The notes beneath the pieces were generated by a model that was given only the letters and a program-made list of their open reading frames with translations, searched no databases and was not told where the DNA came from. Positions 39,235-49,949 of a stretch of 64,000 nucleotides of DNA are shown one piece after another. A program made the position numbers and the translations under genes. Origin of the DNA: an uncultured delta proteobacterium (lineage in GTDB: Bacteria > Desulfobacterota > RBG-13-43-22); NCBI GenBank assembly GCA_963782435.1, contig CAWAKF010000030.1, positions 84,573 through 148,572 on the forward strand. The letters run 5' to 3'. The number at the start of each line of letters is the position of its first letter. Position 1 is the stretch's first letter.

Positions 39235-40218
39235 TTACGAAGCCCCTTTAAAGGAGAAATGACAGGCGACCAGATGATCGGGAGAAATTTCCTGCAAGGC
39301 CGGGACCTCCTTCGAACAGCCCGGTTGCGCCTCGGGACATCGGGTGTGAAATCGACATCCCGAAGGAATATGAAGCGGGCTGGGCACCTCTCCGGTCAGA
39401 ATGATTTCATTCTTTTGCTCATCCGGATGGGAGGGGAGGGCCGCCGAGAGGAGGGCCCTGGTATAAGGATGTAAGGGGTTTTGATATAACTCGGAGCTTT
39501 CTCCTGTTTCCACCAGTTTCCCCAGATACATCACTCCTATGCGGTTGCTCATATGCTTGACTACGGCCAGATCATGGGCGATGAGCAGGTAGGTCAACCC
39601 GAATTGGTCCTGAATTTCTTTCAGGAGATTCATAATCTGGGCCCGGATGGATACATCCAGAGCCGATACCGGTTCATCCAAGAGGATCAGTTTCGGATTC
39701 AGAGCTAGTGCTCTGGCCACGGCGATTCTTTGCCGTTGACCACCGCTGAATTCATGGGGATAGCGGTCGGCATGATCGGCCTGAAGCCCCACCACCTCCA
39801 GGACCTCGACAACCTTATCCCGGATCTGTTTTCGGCTGAATTGTTTATGAACAATCACCGGCTCGGCGATGATCGATCCCACCCGCATCCTCGGGCTTAG
39901 TGAGCTATAGGGATCCTGAAATACCGCCTGGACCTCGCTACGATAATTTTTGTGTTCCAGGTCCGACATCTTCCCGATGTCGTGACCTTCAAAAAATATA
40001 TGGCCCGAGGTGATGGATTCGAGCAGCAGGATCAGTTTGGCCGTGGTGGTTTTGCCACATCCGGATTCCCCCACCAACCCGAAGGTCTCCCCTTTGGCGA
40101 TATTAAAACTCACCCCGTCCACGGCCTTGATGGCTCCGATCTGCTTCATGAGGATGAGCCCTTTGGAAATCGGAAAATGCTTAATCAGATTTGTAACCTG
40201 AAGGACTTTTGGTTCCAT
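39235..40218 (-). CDS. oligopeptide/dipeptide ABC ATPase (OppF/DppF)
   Basis: GESGCGKTT, FSGGQRQR, DEPVSALD, GCRFHTRC. Confidence 0.93.
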   Translation of the reverse strand: MEPKVLQVTNLIKHFPISKGLILMKQIGAIKAVDGVSFNIAKGETFGLVGESGCGKTTTAKLILLLESITSGHIFFEGHDIGKMSDLEHKNYRSEVQAVFQDPYSSLSPRMRVGSIIAEPVIVHKQFSRKQIRDKVVEVLEVVGLQADHADRYPHEFSGGQRQRIAVARALALNPKLILLDEPVSALDVSIRAQIMNLLKEIQDQFGLTYLLIAHDLAVVKHMSNRIGVMYLGKLVETGESSELYQNPLHPYTRALLSAALPSHPDEQKNEIILTGEVPSPLHIPSGCRFHTRCPEAQPGCSKEVPALQEISPDHLVACHFSFKGAS

Positions 40219-40229
40219 GAATTTTACCC

Positions 40230-41198
40230 CTATCCAGCCAGCCAACAACGCATGAAATGATCCTGGTCGAGTCTCGATTCCTCAGGGGCTTCTTTTTTAC
40301 AAACAGCCATGACCCGGGAACATCGGGGGGCGAAACTGCATCCCGGTGGGAGATGGCCCAGATCTGGCGGTTGCCCGGTAATCGAAGGGAGCCGTTGCGT
40401 TTTTTGGTCCATCCTGGGGAGCGAGGACATAAGAGCCACGGTATAGGGATGACGGGGACGGCTAAAAATTTCCCGGATCGGTCCGGTTTCCACGATTTTT
40501 CCGGCATACATGACCGCCACGCGATCGCAGACTTTAGCCACGATCCCGAAATCATGGGTGACCACAATCAGGGCCAGGTTAAATTCCCTTTGAATGGATT
40601 TCAATAAGGCCAGGAATTGGGCCTGTATGGTGACATCGAGAGCGGTGGTGGGCTCGTCGGCAATTAAAAGCTTGGGCTGACAGCTCAAGGCCATGGCCCC
40701 GACGATCCTCTGCCGCATGCCCCCGCTCATCTGGTGGGGATATTCTCCCACCCGTACTTCCGGCAAGGGGATTTTCACCAGCCCCAACATTTCTTTGGCT
40801 TTTTCCCAGGCCGTTTTTCTATCCAACCCCTGATGGATCCGAATCGGTTCGGCTACCTGATGGCCGATGGTAAAGACCGGATTCAAAGAGGTCATGGGGT
40901 CCTGCAGGATCATGGAGATCTCAGCCCCCCTGATCTTGCGCATTTCCTTTATACTTTTTTGGAGCAGGTCTTCCCCATTCAGAAGGATTTCTCCCCCGAC
41001 AATACGGCCGGCGGGCTGGGGCACCAGTCTCAGGATCGAGAGGCAGGAGATACTCTTGCCCGATCCGGATTCGCCGACAATCCCCAGGGTTTCCCCTTTG
41101 GCCACATGATAACTGACCCCATCCACCGCCTTGACAATACCGCTGCGGGTATAAAAATGCGTTTTCAGGTCTTTGACTTCCAGGGTGTTGTTACTCAA
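40230..41198 (-). CDS. oligopeptide/dipeptide ABC ATPase (OppD/DppD)
   Basis: GESGSGKS, MSGGMRQR, DEPTTALD; probable TTG start at 41198 after GGAAGGA. Confidence 0.93.
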   Translation of the reverse strand: MSNNTLEVKDLKTHFYTRSGIVKAVDGVSYHVAKGETLGIVGESGSGKSISCLSILRLVPQPAGRIVGGEILLNGEDLLQKSIKEMRKIRGAEISMILQDPMTSLNPVFTIGHQVAEPIRIHQGLDRKTAWEKAKEMLGLVKIPLPEVRVGEYPHQMSGGMRQRIVGAMALSCQPKLLIADEPTTALDVTIQAQFLALLKSIQREFNLALIVVTHDFGIVAKVCDRVAVMYAGKIVETGPIREIFSRPRHPYTVALMSSLPRMDQKTQRLPSITGQPPDLGHLPPGCSFAPRCSRVMAVCKKEAPEESRLDQDHFMRCWLAG

Positions 41199-41218
41199 GG
41201 ATTTCCTTCCATAGGTAA

Positions 41219-41409
41219 TCACCACAGAGCCAAAGAGAACACAGAGAAATTTTCCTTTTCTTTGGCGGGGAAACCGCCAAAGAAAAACCAACTTGTCGCT
41301 TCGCAAACGGGCACATTATCAGGTGCCGCAAGCAGACTGGATTTTAAAAATCGGCATCTCCCGATTTTTTAAAAAAAAAGTCTCTGTGCTCTCTGTGACT
41401 CTGTGGTGA
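41219..41409. repeat. period ~9 inverted-arm element with nested hairpins inside the opp operon
   Basis: tcaccacagag ccaaagag aacacagag ... ctctgtgct ctctgtga ctctgtggtga; internal ctttggcgg-ggaaa-ccgccaaag. Confidence 0.85.
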
Positions 41410-41446
41410 ATAAGAGTCTTATAAAACTAGTGTGTTACAAAACCTT

Positions 41447-42352
41447 TCAAAACCGTGTCTGACGGAACTTGGGATCCAATCGGACCCGCAACCAATCCCC
41501 CAGCAGGTTAAAGCTCAAAACAACCAGGAGGATGGCTATCCCCGGCCAAAGGCTGAGCCACCAAGCCTGCCCGATATAATTCCTGCCCTCATTGATCATC
41601 CCTCCCCAGGCCGGGGCTGGCGGGGGAATTCCAAGTCCCAGAAAACTGAGCGAGGCCTCGGCGATGATGACCACTCCCAGGTTAAGGGTAGCCAGAACCA
41701 CCAGGCTGTTGACGATATTGGGAAAGATATGGCGCAGCATGATCCTGGATTTACTGCATCCGGCCACAATGGCCAGGCGGACAAAATCACTTTCTTTGAT
41801 CTTCAATACCTCGGACCGAAGCACCCGGGCATACCAGGCCCAGGCTACTCCGGCCAGAATAATGATCAGATTATATTTGCTCGCCCCCACAATGGCGGCC
41901 AGGGTCACCGCCAGTATAAGGAAGGGCATGGAAAGGACCATATCCACGAAACGCATCACCAGCATGTCTACCTTGCCTCCAATATAACCTCCCAAGGTAG
42001 CCATCAATGCCCCGATCAGACCGGCAAAAACAACCACCATGATGCCGACCTCTAAGGAGACACCGGCCCCGACGATCATGCGGCTCAGGATGTCCCGTCC
42101 CAGATGGTCCGTCCCAAGAGGGTAGGTCCAGAGTCCCCCTTCCATCCAGCAGGGGGGGGTCAAGGCCAGACGAAAGGAGGTTGCCGTCGGATCATGGGGG
42201 GCGATCCATCTTCCGAAAAGACCGCAGAAGATGAAAATAACCAAAATAACCAGGGGGAACTTGGGGACTTCCCCAATGTTTGAAAGAATCTTTTTAACGG
42301 CTGATTTTTGAAAACCAGTCTCAATCCCTATGGTGTTTTCTTCTTCTGACAA
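41447..42352 (-). CDS. peptide ABC permease (OppC/DppC)
   Basis: LGTDHLGRD, EASLSFLGLG, PAWG. Confidence 0.93.
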   Translation of the reverse strand: MSEEENTIGIETGFQKSAVKKILSNIGEVPKFPLVILVIFIFCGLFGRWIAPHDPTATSFRLALTPPCWMEGGLWTYPLGTDHLGRDILSRMIVGAGVSLEVGIMVVVFAGLIGALMATLGGYIGGKVDMLVMRFVDMVLSMPFLILAVTLAAIVGASKYNLIIILAGVAWAWYARVLRSEVLKIKESDFVRLAIVAGCSKSRIMLRHIFPNIVNSLVVLATLNLGVVIIAEASLSFLGLGIPPPAPAWGGMINEGRNYIGQAWWLSLWPGIAILLVVLSFNLLGDWLRVRLDPKFRQTRF

Positions 42353-42392
42353 AAGACCTTATCTCCTTCTTTTCCTTTTTCAGGTGGAGTCC

Positions 42393-43310
42393 CTATTGAT
42401 ACCTGATTCTTGGATCCAGATAAGCATAGGCGATATCGACGATCAGGTTGGCGAAAACAAAAAAACTGGAAGAGATCAAAACGCACATCTGCACCACCGG
42501 ATAATCCCGTCCGAAAATGGATTCAACAATCAGTCTTCCCAAGCCCGGCCAGTTGAAAACCGTCTCAATAATCATGGTGCCGTTCATCAGGGCTACGAAC
42601 TGTAAGACGGACATGGTTAACACCGGGGCAGAGGCGTTCTTAAAGGCGTGCTTAAGAAAGACCCAGAACTCCGAAACGCCCTTGACTCGGGCCATCTTGA
42701 TATATTCGGTGTCCAGAACATCCAGCATGGCCGAACGGCTTAAACGGGTCAGGGCGGCCATGGTATACCAGCCCAGGGTGAAGGCGGGCATGAGGTAATA
42801 TTGCCAGCCGCCCATACCGGAGGTGGGCAGCCATCGGAGCTTCGTAGAAAAAAGAATGATCAGGATGATCCCCACCCAGAATCCGGGCAGGGCTTGCCCC
42901 ATCAGGGCGAAAATCTTACCGAAACTGTCAAATTTTCCTCCGATCCGCACCGAGGAGAGAATACCGATGGGGATTCCGAAGACGAGGGCGAACCCCATGC
43001 TGGCGATGGCCAGCTTCAGGGTATTGGGAAACCGATCCCAGAACATCTCGATGGCCGGCATGTTCCCGCGGATCGATTTTCCGAAATCTCCCCGTACTGC
43101 CCCGGAGATATATTTCCAGTACTGAACATAAATCGGTTGGTCAAAACCATATTCAACCCGGATTTTTTCCAAATCTTCCAGAGTAGCGCTCTGGGGAGCC
43201 ATGAGGGCCACCGGATCACCGGTGAGGTGGGTTAAGAAAAAAACAATCATCGATATCCCGATGATGGTGATCAAGGCCTGCCCGATTCGTTTCAGTATAT
43301 ACCGCTTCAT
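42393..43310 (-). CDS. peptide ABC permease (OppB/DppB)
   Basis: GDP, GDFGKS, ETVFNWPGLG, RDYPVVQ, LDPRI. Confidence 0.93.
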   Translation of the reverse strand: MKRYILKRIGQALITIIGISMIVFFLTHLTGDPVALMAPQSATLEDLEKIRVEYGFDQPIYVQYWKYISGAVRGDFGKSIRGNMPAIEMFWDRFPNTLKLAIASMGFALVFGIPIGILSSVRIGGKFDSFGKIFALMGQALPGFWVGIILIILFSTKLRWLPTSGMGGWQYYLMPAFTLGWYTMAALTRLSRSAMLDVLDTEYIKMARVKGVSEFWVFLKHAFKNASAPVLTMSVLQFVALMNGTMIIETVFNWPGLGRLIVESIFGRDYPVVQMCVLISSSFFVFANLIVDIAYAYLDPRIRYQ

Positions 43311-43829
43311 CGCTTCCTTATGGGGTTGTTAAACAAGAAAATTAAAACAAGCTTTCTTTAAATTCAAAAACGTAAACAAACCATCATTGAGGAAATGGAT
43401 TATTTGTCCGCTATCGATTTTTTCATAACATCTCTGCGTGGGAAAAAGCAACTTTTTTTTCTTCCTGATATTTTTTTGACTATTGTTTTCATCTACTTGA
43501 ATAAGCAACGCGATCATGAGGCCTTTAATGAAGCAACAGGTGCTGATGAATTCTTGATGTATAGAGCCATTACATCCCGGGAAACCTATGGATAAACCAT
43601 TAAACAGTAAAAGGTCATAAGGACTGTTCGATCTCCGGGTACCTACAGGCCCTTTATTTTTTCTTGACTTTCCCAAAATACTTTATACCATAAAACTCTA
43701 AAGACATATTATTATAATCAATTACTACTTCATAAGCGTTTTCTTTATATTAATACGCTGACAGTTAAATAAATAAAATGGGGCCTTATTGATATAATGA
43801 GAAACCAATACTGATGGACTAAAAAAAGT

Positions 43830-43900
43830 TGTCACCCCGGTGAAAACCGGGGTCCAGGGGTTTTCTAACCTACCAAGACTCCTGGATTCCGACTTCCGTC
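43830..43900. repeat. REPIN-like element
   Basis: gtcaccccggtgaaaaccggggtccagg ... cctggattccgacttccg. Confidence 0.7.
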
Positions 43901-44071
43901 AGACAGAGACAGCCTTTTAGCGACTTTTTTAAAATTTGTTTGTAATACCTTTTTAAAAATTTAATTGCCGATGTAATATTAAATATTCAAAGGAGGTGAT
44001 AGCGGATTCTACAGGGATTTTGATTGAATTGTAATTAAAATGATTAACTTCTATCAGAAGGAGGTCGTTGC

Positions 44072-45635
44072 ATGAAAGGATTTGGATTTAAAAAGATGTT
44101 TTGGTGTTGTTCGTTGGCACTTATTGTATCCTTTTTTCTCACCCCATCTTTAGGGCTGGCTGTACCGCCGAAAGGGGAAGTGGTATATGCCGTCCCGGCC
44201 AGTAATTTTTATCAGATCGGCGGTGACCCTGCCACCCAAGCCGCCGGGCTGCCGTTGTTGGCCAGGACGATTTTCGATTCTCTGGTTTATGTAAATAAGG
44301 ACGATAAGCTATTACCCAGTTTAGCCAAATCGTGGAAAATCGATCCCAACTGGAAATATATTGATTTTTTCCTTAGAGATGATGTGACCTTCCATAACGG
44401 CGATAAATTTACAGCGGAAGATGTAAAATTCAGCTTTGAAACCTATCTGCGCAAAGAACTTAGATATCTCTTTACTCCCATGTGGTCACGGAACATCGCC
44501 AAACTTGAAATCGTTGGCCCCTATCATTTTCGAATCTATTTAAACAGGCCGGACCCGGGTTTTCTGGGCCGCCTGTGGTGGTCAACCGGCATGATGCCTA
44601 AGAAATATCGGGAGAAGGTGGGCGATAAAGGGTTTGCCGACAAACCGGTCGGCACCGGACCTTTCAAATGGGTAGATTACAAACAGGATTCCTACTGGAA
44701 AGTGGAGGCCGTTAAAAAACATTTCCGTCACACCCCGGCCATAAAAACTTTTAAAGTGGTCTATGTACCCGGATCACGCCACACGGCTGGCCATGCTCAA
44801 AGCCGGGGAGGCGGACATGACCACGCTTATCGGACCTCATACAGTAGAAGTAAAAGCCGACCCAAACTTGCGATTAGTGGAGGGTAAATACACCAGCCTG
44901 ACCTGTATCACCTTTGCCGATTTGACTTTTCCCAAGGAACCCAGCCCTTTTCATGACATCCGGGTTCGTGAGGCGGCCAGCTTGGCCGTTGACCGGGAAG
45001 GGATTACCAAAAAAGTCCTCTTCAGTATGTCCGAACCTTACGGAGACTTCTGCTCTCCTATCACCCTAGGGCATGATCCCTCCATCAAACCTGATCCTTA
45101 TAACCCTGAGAGGGCCAAAAAGCTACTGGCGGAAGCGGGTTACCCCAAGGGTTTTGAAACCGTGATTACCACCACCCCTGAAAGCCGTTACTGGGTTGAA
45201 GCCATCGCCTATAACCTGGGGGAGGTGGGGATAAAAACGAAGGTCGATATTGTGGAAGGCGGGACCTATGTTAAGAACTTTATAACTAAAAAGTTTAAGG
45301 GGCTTTTGACCCAGGGGCTTTGGTGGCATGCGGAAATATCCGCTGCCGCCGATGCCGGCGATCACTTTTTAAGTTATATGCCCTATTGTTACAATACCAC
45401 CCCGGAGATTCAAAAAGCGATTATAGACGGAGCCTCTGCCATAACAGACGAGGAGATGAAAGTGGCCGGTGTCAAAATTTCCAAAGCAATTCGCGAAAGC
45501 CGGAATAAAGCCCTCCTCTGGGCTAACAGTATTCCCTATGGCCTGGGGCCGAGAATCGAGTATTGGGAACCGGAGGTCGGGGCCTTACCGGCCAGTGGTT
45601 TTGAAATGATTCGTTTAAAGAAGCAATATCAATAA
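44072..45635 (+). CDS. family-5 ABC substrate-binding protein (frameshift near 44770)
   Basis: Signal peptide, FHNGDKFTAEDVKFS, PVGTGPF, DIRVREA, YNPERAKKLLAEAGY. Confidence 0.9.
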
Positions 45636-45649
45636 TAGAACGAAAATAC

Positions 45650-45764
45650 GTTCGGAGTTAAGTGTTCGGGGTTCGGAGAAAATCTATTCCGAGGATTCAA
45701 GGGGTTAAGGGGCCGAGGGTTCAAGTGAAAGATTCATAGTTAAAACACTTGATCCCTCGACCCC
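45650..45764. repeat. period-7 and period-8 tracts with an inverted arm
   Basis: gttcgga gttaagt gttcggg gttcgga; ggattcaa ggggttaa ggggccga gggttcaa gtg / cacttgat ccctcgac ccc. Confidence 0.75.
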
Positions 45765-45773
45765 TTTTTTTTA

Positions 45774-46380
45774 TCAATCCTTGATTTTCATATATTCAAA
45801 TCTTGTTCCCGGATAGGAACCCAAATGCTGTTCCCATTTCACGATTTTTTTACTTGTTCCGAAATTGCCATGTTGAGACCATAAGGGGGGTCTAAAGTAT
45901 TTTTCACGAATCATTTTGGATAATTTCCTTCCCCATTTGGCCATATCCTCTTCGGTATAAGCGCTCATGGAATCATCGATGGCCTTTTCCACTTCGGCGT
46001 CAGTCGAATAAACAAAGACAGCGTCTTTATTAAAAGCGTTCTGGATGTATGCTCCCGGATGGCGCTCGGCGTCGTACCACAATCCGCCCAATTTCAAACC
46101 GGTCATTTTCTTTCTTCGGTGGGCATCATACCAGGCTCCTCCTTCAAAAACGTTAATCTTGGCTGAGATCCCTGCCTCCGCCAAATTAGCCTGAAGGGCC
46201 TCCATCATCTCTTTATCCCTGGTCATACAGTTCAAGGCGGTTTCAAATCCTTTGGGATACCCGGCCTCTGTCAGGAGCTTTTTTGCTCTTTCAGTGTCAT
46301 AGGGGTCGGGTTGGACAGTGGGGTCATAACCAAGGTTGTAGGGGCAGAGGACTTCACCCCAGGCACTGGCAGAACTAAAA
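45774..46380 (-). pseudogene. 5'-truncated family-5 substrate-binding protein
   Basis: Frame extends upstream as ...WGEVLCPYNLGYDPTVQPDPYDTERAKKLLTEAGYPKGF; no signal peptide or N-terminal half. Confidence 0.8.
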
Positions 46381-46456
46381 GTGAAGTGATGTTTAAAACG
46401 AGAAAAGGTAGGGCTAATGATTTGTCGATCGGATTTTATTTAATAGAAAAAATATT

Positions 46457-46497
46457 GCACCTCCAGGAAAATGGTTAGAAATTTGACCTGGAGGTGC
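46457..46497 (-). terminator. hairpin downstream of the SBP gene
   Basis: gcacctccagg...cctggaggtgc. Confidence 0.55.
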
Positions 46498-46507
46498 TTG
46501 GGTTTGG

Positions 46508-48079
46508 TTAATCCTTTACCTTCATATACTCAAAACGGGTGGCCGGGAAGGAACCCAACTGTTGATCCCACTCAACGATCTTCTGGCTGGTGCCGTAATT
46601 GGCATAGGTGGACCAGAGATGGATATTGATTCGGCTGTCCCGGATGAGCTTGGAAAGTTTCCGGCCCAATTCCGCCGCTTCCTTATCATTCTTAGCCGCA
46701 ATGGTTTTTTTAAGGGCGTCGGAGATTTCCTTGGTAGTTACATAAGCCCATGGCATCCCTTGCATATAGGCGTCCTGCAGATCGGCACCGGCATTTGTTT
46801 CGGCATCATACCAGGAATTTCGTTGAATAATTCCACGCAGTTTTTTCCCGAGATAGGCATCGGTCAAGGCAGCGCCTTCAAGTATTTTCATCTCAGATTT
46901 AATACCCACATCGGCCAGATTGCTGGCAATAGCCTCCATATAATATTTAGTGCCCTGGCCGGCATAAATCGTGGTCTTAAAGCCATTAGGGTATCCTGCT
47001 TGGGCCAACAATTTTTTGGCCTTCTCCGGGTCATAGGGATCGGGCTTGACTGTCGAATCCCAGCCCATGGTGTAGGGAGAGATTACCTCGCCATAAGGCT
47101 CGGCCCCTCCAAAAAGTATCTTATCACAGATACCCTTGCGGTCAATGGCCAGACTGGCTGCCTCACGGACCCGGATATCCTGGAAAGGACTTTTTTCATC
47201 GGGGAAGGGGAGATCGGCATAGGCCAAGGTCACTCCGATAATATGCTTGACTTGAACGAGTTTAAATTTTGGGTCAGCCTTGATTTGAGGGATGTGTGGC
47301 CCTGCAAGTTGGATAATATCGGCCTCACCGGATTGAAGCATGGCCAATCTGGTCGAGTTGTCAGGGACAAACATGATCTTTAAAGTTTTGAATTCGGGGG
47401 TTTTGCGATGATGGTTGGGTACCGCCTCCATGGTGAAATACTGATCCTGCTTGTAATCCACCCACTTGAAAGGACCGGACCCGATAGGCTTATCGGCAAA
47501 ACCGGCATCCCCGACCTTTTCACGGTATTTCTTGGGCATGATAGCCCCGTCCCACCAAAAGCGCTTTATTAAATCAGGGGCGGGCATTTTAAGATTGAAA
47601 CGAACTTTGTATGGACCCAGGACTTCGATATCCTTGATCCGTGCTCTATAAGTTACTCCAAGAACCTGCCTCAGTTCCGGACGCATATGGGTCTCAAAAC
47701 TGAATTTTACATCTTCGGCGGTAAGGGGATCCCCATTATGAAATTTGATCCCTTCATTCAGTTCAAATTCAATGTAACTCCAGTCGTGGGCGATTCTCCA
47801 GGATTTGGCCACGGCAGGGAGGGTCTCCAGCCTCACCCCCATATCGACCAAACCTTCAAAAACCGTGGTGGCAATCAACGGCCCGTTCCCGGCGGCGTGG
47901 GTGGCCGGATCACCTCCCCTTTGGTAGAAAGCGGGGTAGGCGCTGACATAGACTACCTGCCCTTTTGGAGTAGCCTGTCCGGAGAGGGGAACTAAAAGAA
48001 ATAAAAGAAGACATCCCATTAAAAAAATTACTACCGGTTTACCTCTGTTTTTTTTCATTCCAAGCCTCCTTTTTGCCAT
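46508..48079 (-). CDS. family-5 ABC substrate-binding protein
   Basis: Signal peptide, FHNGDPLTAEDVKFS, PIGSGPF; paralogue of 44072-45635. Confidence 0.93.
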   Translation of the reverse strand: MAKRRLGMKKNRGKPVVIFLMGCLLLFLLVPLSGQATPKGQVVYVSAYPAFYQRGGDPATHAAGNGPLIATTVFEGLVDMGVRLETLPAVAKSWRIAHDWSYIEFELNEGIKFHNGDPLTAEDVKFSFETHMRPELRQVLGVTYRARIKDIEVLGPYKVRFNLKMPAPDLIKRFWWDGAIMPKKYREKVGDAGFADKPIGSGPFKWVDYKQDQYFTMEAVPNHHRKTPEFKTLKIMFVPDNSTRLAMLQSGEADIIQLAGPHIPQIKADPKFKLVQVKHIIGVTLAYADLPFPDEKSPFQDIRVREAASLAIDRKGICDKILFGGAEPYGEVISPYTMGWDSTVKPDPYDPEKAKKLLAQAGYPNGFKTTIYAGQGTKYYMEAIASNLADVGIKSEMKILEGAALTDAYLGKKLRGIIQRNSWYDAETNAGADLQDAYMQGMPWAYVTTKEISDALKKTIAAKNDKEAAELGRKLSKLIRDSRINIHLWSTYANYGTSQKIVEWDQQLGSFPATRFEYMKVKD

Positions 48080-48312
48080 GACCCGAAATCCTTTTTCTTC
48101 GGTTAGCCGTCACAGCCGGTTTGATTGTTGAGGAATTTTATATGATAAAACAAAAATGGTTATAGACGATTCCCTTTGGGTGAAAAAATTATATTTCGAG
48201 CGAGAAAGCGTGTCAAGAGAAATTAAAAAAAGCCGGGACTGAATTAAAAAAAATTCCCTTGTGCATTGAACTGGGTTAAGGTTTTACCTTATAATGCTTA
48301 GGAGGATTAACC

Positions 48313-49915
48313 ATGAAAAAAACAAAGAGCTTGCCGCTACTCGATGACAAAGATTTCCCCATCAATCGTATCCGACAGACCATGGTCAGAGGAACAGGCA
48401 CCGATGTGGAGGAACTTAGACAAAAGCCTTTGATCGCCATAGTCAATTCCCACACCGAATTGAATCCCGGCCATATGCATCTCGGGCTTCTGGCTGAAAA
48501 AGTCAAAAACGGGGTTCATGCCGCCGGGGGGGTTCCTTTTGAGTTCAATGTTCCGGCCCCCTGTGACGGGATGTCGGAAGGGCATGAAGGGATGCGCTAT
48601 ATCCTGCCGCAAAGGGAGTTGATCGCCGATATTGTCGAGACCCATGTCCGCAGTATGATTTTTGATGGAATGGTCATGATCGCCAGTTGCGACAAAATTA
48701 TTCCCGGGATGATTATGGCTGCGGCCCGATTGGATATCCCCACCATTTTTCTGACCGGCGGCCCCAGCGCTTGGCAAAGGCAGATCGTGGGGGAGAAAAG
48801 ACCTGATGGCTCCAATATCGCCTCTTGTGGGGCTTGTGATATTATGGGAACGGCCAATACCTTCCAATGCATGGCCGAGGTCCTGGGACTGACGATCCCC
48901 GGTTCGGCCAATGTCCCCGGATTTCACACCGACAAATTGCTTTTTGCCCGTCAGACCGGAAAACGCATCGTTCAAATGATCGAAGCAGGGCTGACGGCCA
49001 GAAAAATTCTTTCCGCCAAAGCAATTGAAAATGCGGTCATCATGGACCTGGCCATTGGGGGTTCAACTAATTCAACCCTTCATTTGCCGGCCATTGCCCA
49101 TGAACTCGGTTTGGCCTTGGCCCTTTCCCGGTTCAATGAGCTCAACCGAAAAATTCCTACCCTGCTGTCCATTCGTCCCAGTGGACCCCACGGAATTATC
49201 GATCTTTATGCTGCCGGGGGGATTCCTGCGGTGATGAAGGTGATGGCGGATGATCTTCAATTGGATGCCTTGAATGTTACCGGACAGACCTTTAAAGAGA
49301 TTGTTGAGACTGCCCAGGTTTTTGATGAAACCATCATACCGCCTCGAGAACAAACCCTATCTGCCCGAAGGTGGCACAGTGATTCTTTTTGGAAATTTGG
49401 CCCCGGATGGGGCGGTGATAAAACAATCGGCCGTGGATCCGGAAATGCGGACCTTCACCGGTAAGGCACGGGTCATGGAATCTGAGGCTGAGGCCTTGAA
49501 GGCCTTTCGGGAGAAAGCAATCCAAGAGGAAGAAGTAATTGTAATCAGAAATGAAGGGCCTAAAGGAGGGCCGGGTATGCCGGAAACCCTGGCGGTTACC
49601 ATGGCTATCATGACTTCCGGTATGAAACGGGTGGCCCTGGTTACGGATGGTCGTTTTTCCGGAGCCACTTCCGGACCTTGTGTGGGTCATGTTTCTCCTG
49701 AGGCCTATGTAGGGGGACCTATAGCCGCTTTGCGGAATGGAGACATCATAACCATCGATATCCCCAATCGAAAGATCGAAGTAAACCTCTCTGATGAAGA
49801 GATACGACAACGTCTCCAGGGATTTAAACCTATCAAGAAAGAGGTCCCCCCGGGTTTCATGCAGCGCTATATCAAATATGTGTCTTCAGCCGCCAAAGGG
49901 GCCGTTTTGGAGTAA
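48313..49915 (+). CDS. ilvD: dihydroxy-acid dehydratase family protein (frameshift near 49345)
   Basis: PCDG, CDKIIPG, CGAC..MGTAN, GGSTN, EGPKGGPGMPE, TDGRFSG, GHVSPE. Confidence 0.88.
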
Positions 49916-49949
49916 GCTAAACAAAAGAGTTACAAAAAGAGTGATCCTT

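Noticed and set aside
43329-43676. ORFs 43329-43676 (-) and 43395-43595 (+)
   Set aside because: AT-rich divergent promoter region, no recognisable motifs, and the two ORFs overlap each other.
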